From the NCBI GenBank assembly GCA_947629745.1, contig CANREZ010000004.1:8808-72807 (forward strand): a stretch of DNA of 64,000 nt. Reading direction: 5' to 3'. Source of the stretch: an uncultured Clostridia bacterium (GTDB lineage Bacteria; Bacillota; Clostridia; Christensenellales; UBA1242). Position numbers and translations under genes: made by a program. Of this stretch, positions 46,061-53,700 are shown piece by piece (position 1 is the first letter of the stretch; every line of letters begins with the position of its first letter). The notes beneath the pieces were generated by a model. That model had not been told where the DNA came from. It did not search any database and saw nothing but the letters and a program-made list of their open reading frames with translations.

Positions 46061-46086
46061 TGTCAATAAGTATATACTTTTTGACA
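46061..46086. other. 26-bp near-perfect palindrome abutting the mnmA stop
   Basis: TGTCAATAAGTAT|ATACTTTTTGACA has 13-nt arms with one mismatch and no following T run. It contains a TTGACA hexamer. Confidence 0.5.
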
Positions 46087-46273
46087 TAAACGTATATTTT
46101 ATGTGTAATTTGCATAAAAATTGCTATATTAAATAATCATGACATATAGTATTTATTTGAGATATTATCAATGCCACTTAGACTTTGCTAAGGAGTCTTG
46201 TAGTGAATATTGTGTATAGATAATATCCATATATTTACACAAAAAATCCACGGATATAATCCGAGGTTTTTAA

Positions 46274-46305
46274 CAAAAAAAGGCGATGAATGACATCGCC
46301 TTTTT
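46274..46305. terminator. Bidirectional terminator
   Basis: Stem AGGCGATG / CATCGCCT with loop AATGA, flanked by A7 and T5. It abuts the stop of the minus-strand small ORF. Confidence 0.8.
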
Positions 46306-46473
46306 CTATTCTTGTTCGTTCATATCCATGACGTAGTAGCTACCTTCATGTTGAGTAGCAGGGAAACGTGAACCTTTTTCCAAGTACAATTTCCCACCAT
46401 CATGGCCCAAACTATCATATGCCTTGTAGTTGCAAGACATTGGCACATATTCGCCTGGTCTATACTTATCCAT
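46306..46473 (-). CDS. YjzC-like small protein (55 aa), absent from the supplied ORF track
   Basis: The minus-strand ORF reads MDKYRPGEYVPMSCNYKAYDSLGHDGGKLYLEKGSRFPATQHEGSYYVMDMNEQE. AGGAGG lies 7 nt upstream and a terminator directly downstream. The pattern PGE..P..G.Y......G.....L..G..FP resembles B. subtilis YjzC. Confidence 0.65.
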   Translation of the reverse strand: MDKYRPGEYVPMSCNYKAYDSLGHDGGKLYLEKGSRFPATQHEGSYYVMDMNEQE

Positions 46474-46524
46474 AATATTTCCTCCTAAGACTATTTTGTG
46501 CTAAAGGGGACAAATTATGTATAG

Positions 46525-47529
46525 TTACTTTCGCTTTGCCTCATAGCATGCCACAGCGAGGCTGACCGTTGCGCCCACCATAGGGTTGTTGCCCATGCCG
46601 ATGTATCCCATCATGTCGACGTGTGCTGGCACTGAGCTAGAACCTGCGAACTGCGCATCAGCGTGCATCCTGCCCATAGTATCGGTGAGACCATAACTAG
46701 CGGACCCCGCACCCACGTTGTCTGGATGTAGTGTGCGGCCTGTGCCACCGCCACTTGCTACGGAGAAGTAACTCTTATTATTCTCATGACACCATTTGCT
46801 ATAGATTCCTGCGACTGGGTGAGTGAAACGTACAGGATTGGTGCTATTGCCGGTGATGGATATATCCACGGCCTCATGTTGCATTATTGCCACACCTTCA
46901 CTAACATCGTTACATCCATACACAGATATATCTTTCTTGTAACCATCACTGAATGGGTGACGGTCGATGATTCTTAATTTATTTTTCTCGTGGTCAAACT
47001 CAGTCTTGACGTAGGTGAATCCATTTATCCTGCTGATGATATAAGCAGCGTCTTTGCCAAGGCCATTTAGAATGACTCTTAGTGGTTCGCGTCTAGCCTT
47101 GTTTGCGCTACGGACAATGCCTAGAGCGCCTTCAGCTGCAGCAAAACTCTCGTGACCGGCTAGCAAGCAAAAACATTTTGTGTTATCATCAAGCAGTTTG
47201 GCAGCAAGTTTGCCATGGCCTATGCCAACTTGCCTACTATCTGCCACACTACCGGGGACGCAGAATGCTTGCAGTCCCTCGCCGATCCTCTCGGCACAGT
47301 CTATCGCACTCTTTGCGGATTTGTCACACAGTGCATACGCAACGCCTAGGGTATAGGCCCATACTGCGTTGTCGAAGCATATTGGTTGGACGGAACGAGT
47401 GATCTCCTCCACATTGATGCCGTGGTCTAGACATAATTTTTTGCAATCTTCGAGCGACCCTAGATTATGCTCTTTGCAAAAACTAGATATCTTATTTATC
47501 CTGCGGTCATATCCCTCAAACTTCACCAT
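46525..47529 (-). CDS. GGGtGRT-family protein (function unknown)
   Basis: It contains the eponymous motif SGGGTGRTLHPD, is 334 aa long, and is translationally coupled to the upstream NifU-like ORF. Confidence 0.85.
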   Translation of the reverse strand: MVKFEGYDRRINKISSFCKEHNLGSLEDCKKLCLDHGINVEEITRSVQPICFDNAVWAYTLGVAYALCDKSAKSAIDCAERIGEGLQAFCVPGSVADSRQVGIGHGKLAAKLLDDNTKCFCLLAGHESFAAAEGALGIVRSANKARREPLRVILNGLGKDAAYIISRINGFTYVKTEFDHEKNKLRIIDRHPFSDGYKKDISVYGCNDVSEGVAIMQHEAVDISITGNSTNPVRFTHPVAGIYSKWCHENNKSYFSVASGGGTGRTLHPDNVGAGSASYGLTDTMGRMHADAQFAGSSSVPAHVDMMGYIGMGNNPMVGATVSLAVACYEAKRK

Positions 47530-47531
47530 AA

Positions 47532-48230
47532 TTATTGCCTCCTAGGGTCGATGAATTTGACCCCCTCGCTAAATCTGCCATAAGTCTTTTTGCAGGACTC
47601 AAATGCTTTATTTAGGTCCATGCCGTCTTTGAATAATCTCATCATAGCAGATAGATTCACATACTCGTAGCCTATGATCTCATCATTTGCGTCAAGTGCG
47701 AGCTTTAGGATATATCCTTCTGCAGTATTTAGATATCTTGGGCCTTTTAGCTTCGTAGAGTAGTGTGTACCCACGAGGCTAGATCCATTCTTGCCTAGGT
47801 CATCTAGCGCGCCACCTACTGGCAGCCCGCCATCTGAGAACGCACTCTGCGACCTGCCATAGACTATTTGCAGGAATAGATTCTTCATCGCATCATTTAT
47901 TGCGTCACACACGAGGTCACAGTTTAGGGCTTCTAGTAATGTTTTTCCAGGTAATACTTCGCTAGCGATGGCAGCCGACTGCGTCATGCCCGAGCAGCCA
48001 ATGGTCTCAATTAAGGCCTCCTCAATGATGCCATTCTTAATATTTAGGGTTAACTTGCACGTGCCTTGCTGTGGTGCACATGTGCCACAACCGTGTGTAA
48101 AGCCACTAATATCTCCTATGTCCTTCACTTTCGTCCAATCTCCCTCCTGTGGGATAGGAGCAGGGCCGTGGTAAGTGCCGTTACGTACAGCACACAGATT
48201 TTTTAGTTCTTCAGAATATTCCATAAACAC
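47532..48230 (-). CDS. NifU/IscU-like Cys-rich protein, partner of the GGGtGRT protein
   Basis: Cys clusters HGCGTCAPQQGTC and IGCSGMTQSAAIASE are reminiscent of scaffold proteins. The stop lies 2 nt before the next start. Confidence 0.55.
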   Translation of the reverse strand: MFMEYSEELKNLCAVRNGTYHGPAPIPQEGDWTKVKDIGDISGFTHGCGTCAPQQGTCKLTLNIKNGIIEEALIETIGCSGMTQSAAIASEVLPGKTLLEALNCDLVCDAINDAMKNLFLQIVYGRSQSAFSDGGLPVGGALDDLGKNGSSLVGTHYSTKLKGPRYLNTAEGYILKLALDANDEIIGYEYVNLSAMMRLFKDGMDLNKAFESCKKTYGRFSEGVKFIDPRRQ

Positions 48231-48338
48231 TCCTTGTATTTCCTAGATTATAACAAACTTGCAGGATAAAACAAAATATCTTTGCCCTAGGATATCCAAA
48301 AATTTGTCATAAGTTCACATTTTTGTTAAAATAGTTGT

Positions 48339-48917
48339 ATGAAAAAAACTATCGATTGTAACAATACTTACTCCCAGATTTTGAAGGATAGCAAGTTCAT
48401 TTCCTATAGCTTCCGAGTGTATGACACAAAGGATGTAGGTGCCATATTAGACGACCTAGGGGAGAGGCATCCAACTGCCACACATATTTGCTATGCCTAC
48501 TCCATTTCGGGCAAGAATATATCCAGTGACGACGGAGAGCCTAGTGGCACAGCGGGTGCACCGATTCTCTCAGTTATCACCAAACGCGCGTTAGACTTCA
48601 CGCTAGTTGCAGTCGTTAGATACTTTGGTGGCACGAAACTCGGTGCAGGCGGACTCATCCGTGCATACACGGCCTCGGCAGCGCGCGTTCTTGACCTATC
48701 CGGCACGAAGAATATTCATTTATTCAAGAAATATATCGTCTCATCCACTCTTGCCGACTCTCGTAGTGTATCAAAGGTGCTTAGCAGCACAGGGATTATC
48801 CAGTCTGTGGGATATGGAGATAGGGTGGAGTACACATATTTGTCTCAAAACTTTGACCCACAAGATATTTTAAAGTTTGGCGCCCAAGTGCAATATTTGG
48901 AGGACGTATGGCAATAA
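48339..48917 (+). CDS. yigZ: YigZ/IMPACT-family protein
   Basis: HICYAY and DDGEPSGTAGAPIL motifs. Confidence 0.85.
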   Translation: MKKTIDCNNTYSQILKDSKFISYSFRVYDTKDVGAILDDLGERHPTATHICYAYSISGKNISSDDGEPSGTAGAPILSVITKRALDFTLVAVVRYFGGTKLGAGGLIRAYTASAARVLDLSGTKNIHLFKKYIVSSTLADSRSVSKVLSSTGIIQSVGYGDRVEYTYLSQNFDPQDILKFGAQVQYLEDVWQ

Positions 48918-49531
48918 TCACTAAGGTTAGCGAGCAGACTCATAATAAGAATAGAGTCAATGTTTATCTGGATGGCAAATTTTGTACTGGGCTCAATATG
49001 GAGACGGCTGTCACCCACGGCATACGTGAGGGAGAGGAGATAGATGAGGCAAGGCTCAGAGAAATATCTTTTGACTCAGATAGGAGGACGCTGCTCTCCC
49101 GCGGCTATGAATATCTATCCACCAAACCTAGGACCTATGCCGAGATGTATCGCAAGATGACCCTCTGGGGCTATGGCGACCCGGTAATTAGAGCAGTTTT
49201 AGACCAAATGGTGCAGTCGGGATATATCAACGACCGGGACTATGCGGATAGATTCATCGAGCAGTCTAGGGATATCGGCAGAGCGAAAATTCTAGCTAAA
49301 TTAGGCTCTCTTGGGATAGAAAAAGATGTGATAGATGAGGCGATGAGAGGATACTGTGTGGATAGCGAAGTTATTTACCACCTATGTGAGAAATTCATGG
49401 CAGGGAAGAGGAAGACAGCAGATAACATAGCAAAACTTGTTAGACATATGATGAGCAAAGGCTTTGCTTATGAAGATTTTCGTAGTATAATAGATGAGTA
49501 TAGGAAAGATATCGAGGTGGGAGAATGTTAG
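48908..49531 (+). CDS. recX: RecX-family regulatory protein
   Basis: The protein is about 200 aa of helical repeats with a typical start (ITKV...NRVNVYLDGKF) and an INDRDYADRFI repeat. Assignment is by eye. Confidence 0.7.
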   Translation: MAIITKVSEQTHNKNRVNVYLDGKFCTGLNMETAVTHGIREGEEIDEARLREISFDSDRRTLLSRGYEYLSTKPRTYAEMYRKMTLWGYGDPVIRAVLDQMVQSGYINDRDYADRFIEQSRDIGRAKILAKLGSLGIEKDVIDEAMRGYCVDSEVIYHLCEKFMAGKRKTADNIAKLVRHMMSKGFAYEDFRSIIDEYRKDIEVGEC

Positions 49532-49887
49532 TAGGAATAGACACTATCGATGTGGTGAGGATGGAAAAATTCGTTCAGAATGAGACCTCACTTGCTAGAT
49601 ACTTTACGCCTGACGAGGCTGCTTATGTGACAAAGACTGTCAATCGCACTATGCGCTTGGCAGGAATATATTGCGTGAAAGAGGCTTTCCTAAAGGCTCT
49701 AGGCATTGGGATGTTCAATGGAGTGGAGCTAAATGAGATAGAGGTTGTGCACGACAAATCTGGCCGCCCGTCACTGAAACTCACCGAGAACGCCCGCATG
49801 ATGATGATAGCAAAGGGTGTGACCAAGGCAGATATATCTATCACCCACACTTTTGATATAGCAATGGCTGTGTGTATATTGTACTAA
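49525..49887 (+). CDS. acpS: Holo-[acyl-carrier-protein] synthase
   Basis: LVGIDTIDVVRMEKF, KEAFLKALG and SITHT motifs. Confidence 0.9.
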   Translation: MLVGIDTIDVVRMEKFVQNETSLARYFTPDEAAYVTKTVNRTMRLAGIYCVKEAFLKALGIGMFNGVELNEIEVVHDKSGRPSLKLTENARMMMIAKGVTKADISITHTFDIAMAVCILY

Positions 49888-49907
49888 TTGTTAACGTTTG
49901 CATTTTT

Positions 49908-49935
49908 GCTCCAAGCGACCGCTTGGGGCTTTTTT
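49908..49935 (+). terminator. Rho-independent terminator of acpS
   Basis: Stem GCTCCAAGC / GCTTGGGGC with loop GACC, followed by T6. Confidence 0.8.
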
Positions 49936-50002
49936 ATGCATAAAAATGGCAAAAAAACGGATACTACGATTAGGTGGCAGATACTTTTGAAGGTGGATAT
50001 GT

Positions 50003-50215
50003 ATGGCAAAAGACCAGTTAGGAAATAATCTAGATACTACTATCCGTGAGCATATTTTGGCTTTGCAGCATAAAATGAAGCAAGTAGACATGGATGCAAT
50101 CTATAGCGCATATTACGCATCGAGCGCTCCTATCGAAGACTTAGGTACGGGATACGAGGAATTAGTAGATTATGAAAACAAGTTAGGTGACGATATTGGA
50201 AATCAGACGCGGTGA
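50003..50215 (+). CDS. Putative antitoxin in the MazE/EndoAI position
   Basis: The ORF is 70 aa, has RBS GAAGGTGGA, an acidic C-terminus, and overlaps the mazF start by 29 nt. No clear RHH/AbrB motif was recognised. Confidence 0.45.
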   Translation: MAKDQLGNNLDTTIREHILALQHKMKQVDMDAIYSAYYASSAPIEDLGTGYEELVDYENKLGDDIGNQTR

Positions 50216-50543
50216 TATATTCTATGCAGATCTTAGTCCCGTTGTGGGTAGCGAACAGGGTGGAGTGCGCCCTGTCCTTGTCTTGCAGAACGATATAGGC
50301 AATAAATATAGCCCTTGCGTCATAGTATCGGCTATCACCTCCAAGATCACTAAGACCAAACTCCCTACTCACGTGGAGTTACATAAAGGGGATAGCAATT
50401 TGCCAAGTGATTCGGTGATACTCCTAGAGCAGATCAGGACGATAGATAAGCATAGACTAAAGGAATTCGTAGGGAGTCTAGATAGCAAGTTACTTACAGC
50501 AGTCTCCGATGCACTTCTAATATCCCTAGGATTTATTCACTAG
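50187..50543 (+). CDS. mazF: MazF/EndoA (PemK-family) endoribonuclease toxin
   Basis: [59 protein letters not shown] is near-collinear with B. subtilis EndoA. The location downstream of acpS matches Bacillus. Confidence 0.9.
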   Translation: MTILEIRRGDIFYADLSPVVGSEQGGVRPVLVLQNDIGNKYSPCVIVSAITSKITKTKLPTHVELHKGDSNLPSDSVILLEQIRTIDKHRLKEFVGSLDSKLLTAVSDALLISLGFIH

Positions 50544-50580
50544 AATACTTTTTGGAATCAATTTAATAGAAATTTTGCCA

Positions 50581-50609
50581 CTTTGACCCCCGTTTGGTCA
50601 AAGTTTTTT
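50581..50609 (+). terminator. Rho-independent terminator of mazF
   Basis: Stem CTTTGACC / GGTCAAAG followed by T6. Confidence 0.85.
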
Positions 50610-50649
50610 GTTAATTTCAAAAAATTTTGCAACATTTTTAATATTGGTA

Positions 50650-50678
50650 TTGAAATTGCCGGATAGATGTGTTATAAT
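50650..50678 (+). promoter_or_regulatory. Promoter P1 upstream of the 1878-aa gene
   Basis: TTGAAA, a 17-nt spacer, then TATAAT with TGT immediately upstream (extended -10). Confidence 0.6.
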
Positions 50679-50728
50679 ACCCGTGAAAGCAAGGGGAATA
50701 TTGGTCAAAAATTCATAAAAATTGGGTA

Positions 50729-50756
50729 TTGACAAATATTCTGATTGTTGTATAAT
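50729..50756 (+). promoter_or_regulatory. Promoter P2 upstream of the 1878-aa gene
   Basis: TTGACA, a 16-nt spacer, then TATAAT. The -35 flank ATTGGGTATTGAC repeats the P1 flank ATTGGTATTGAA. Confidence 0.6.
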
Positions 50757-50793
50757 ATTAGTAGATAATTATTAAGGGGTTGGTGAAATAATT

Positions 50794-53700
50794 ATGGCAA
50801 AAATATATGAGTATAAGTTTGTTAACGCAAAGGGTGATTTTAGTGTAGAGACTATCACGTCATCTAAGATTAAGGCAGCGTACGATTACTGTCTTAAAGA
50901 TTCTTTGCTCGCTATGTCACTTAGCGATAAGGATTTGAAGAAGGCTGTGTCACTTATCTATAGTGCAACTGATCTAAAATCTGGCACTAAGAAGGTTACT
51001 TCAGACAAATTGAGAGCAGCTTTGGTTGATGCGATTAGGAATATTCCTAGCTATCTTAAGACTCATACAGATTCCATCACTTCATCAAAGGATGCTGATT
51101 TTAAGGATTCTTTGATTAAAGCTGTAGATACGGCTTTTGATAAATATGATTCAGCAAAAGATTTAGATGGTAAAGATGCTTCAAACCGTATCCTAAAATT
51201 GGATAAGGAATTGAATAGGCTTACCAAAGAACATAAGCGTGAGAATTTTAAGAAAGCAAAGGTAACGACTGCTGTTGTTGATAACGATGTTTTGAATGAT
51301 ATATTAACTAATGACCAAGATGCCGCTAATCTCTTAGTGGCTAATGCTCACAAATATTATGATGTTATCAACGAAAATGACAAACAGAAAGATTTGATTA
51401 ATATTGTTGATAAAAAGGGTGTGTACGATAAAGATCCTACTGCAGCTCAGAAGATAGGGAATGCTATACTTAGGCCAATTAAGTTTCTATCACGCCATCC
51501 ATTCGCATATGCTATTGTAGCATCTGTTGTAGCATTTGGGGCTACTGGTAAATTTGTTCCTACCAATCCTGCAATTACTGCACTAGGGGCATTAGGCGGA
51601 GCTGCTGCTCTTGAGGCTGTTGGTGCAGCTGCATTGCACAAGGAATCAAAAGAGCAAAGAATATCACATGCTTATAGGAAAAATTCTAAAGATGAGCTCA
51701 AATTATTTGATAACGCTGCTCGTAAACTCGAGAAATCTAGCAACGATACTAGGAGTTTGCTATTCCTAGATGACACATCAGTTGTTCGTTTTATTGACAA
51801 AGTAAATAATGCTAGGAAGGACCTTGGTGGTAATCAGGATGTGGCAGATATAATAGCAAAGGGCACATCAATTATTAAAACATCAGAGCTAAAATTTAAG
51901 AAAAAATACAAGAATTTCTCTGTGTTTGGCAAAGGACATCGTAATATCAATAATACTATCAATTCTATGATATATCTCTTAGGTGCAGACGTAAATGATG
52001 AGTCAGAGGCATTGAGTATTGATAATGTGAAATCAAAGGGTAGCCTCATTGGTGATAGAAACACAATAAGCAATATCTACAAGCGTAACGAGCCTGCAAG
52101 GATTCAGAAAAAGAGTGATAACTATAGGGAAATGACCAAAGAAACTGCTAAATGTCTTGTATTATTAAAGGACAGTGCAAAAGCAGCTGACCAGTTAAAC
52201 TACAATATCGCAGCATTGCGTGGCTTACTGATCAATCTAGTCAATATGCCAGATGAATATCATTCACAAATTAGTATAACTATCAAAGATAAAGCTGGTA
52301 CCGAGAAGGCTTTAGATTATGATGGGCTAAAGAACTTAGTTAGAGAAAAATTAGATTCTTATAGAAAAGCATATATGCAATTTGACCACGATCGTAGATG
52401 TGAGATGATTGCTAGGTACAGAGAGCTTGATGCTAAGAAAGATCGTGATTCGTTTGAAAGTGCAGAATTACAAATGCTAGATAGGGATCTTACAGCTGAT
52501 GAGAAGAAATTAGACCCTCAATATCTCGCTAAATCCCATATTTGGGTTAATGGTGCTAAGGGTAAGACTGAGATTGATTCCAAGTTATTGAATTTGCCTA
52601 AATATAGTGAATTACCTAAAGATGAAGATATGAAGAGTGCTGAAGCTAAAAAATTAGCAGGTAAACATTACAAACATATGGACAAAGTCATCGCAAAAGC
52701 TAATGATAAGGCTTTAGCTGATCAGGTAAAGATAAACTGGAATAATTATGAGGACTTCAAAAAGAAAGTTGACGACAAGACATTAGCAAAATGGAACAAC
52801 GATTTTAGAGCTAATTATTTAATTGAAAACTTTAGATTAACTAATGATAAAGGTGAATTTGCTGGATATCATGTAGATGTGGACAAAGATAATGATAAGC
52901 GTACAGTTTTAGGTAAAGATAAGCTTGTCAAGAATATGGACTTTGATGAAATTAAAGCATTGACAGATACAGATATTCAAAAATTGTCCGTTGCAGATCA
53001 AATCAGAATCATTGATGCAAAGATTGACCATGAAACTGAGAGATTCACAAGTGCAAAATTAAGTAAAACGGATTATACAAAGCTATTTAAGTTAGAAAAA
53101 GAGCGTGAGTATTTACAAGACTTAGGCGAGAAGTTAGATAAGAATAATATCTTAAGGTTCAATCTTAATAATTACAAAGCTTACACTAAGTATATGCTTA
53201 GTGATGCTAAGAAAGCTGATTATGAAGCATTAAAGACTGCATGTGCAGATGAAATTAAATCACTCACTACCAGGGATGACCTTATCAAAGAATATATGAA
53301 GTCATTTAGTGATCATGGAACAGCTGCAATGCTAAAAGCATTTAACTCAGAATTAGTTCATGTTGACAAGAGTGGTCATTATGACGAGACAATAACTGGA
53401 GATTTATTCGAGGAATTCTTTAAAGCTGAGACTAAGAGATTAGTAATTAAAGAGAAGAGAAGAGCTTTAGCAGATGCTGATAAGGACGCGAAAAATCGTC
53501 TTGCAAAGAATAATAAAGCATATGCTAAGTACATCAAGAGTGTAAAAGCAGATGATCTCAAAGCATTAATTGATGGATTCAAAGACAACTATCAAATTGC
53601 TGCTTATGAAGAGAGGAACATGAAAGGTGAGCTCACTCGTTATGATACCAAACTATTGGACGACAAAATTACTGAGTTAAATAACACAGTTACATCTACA

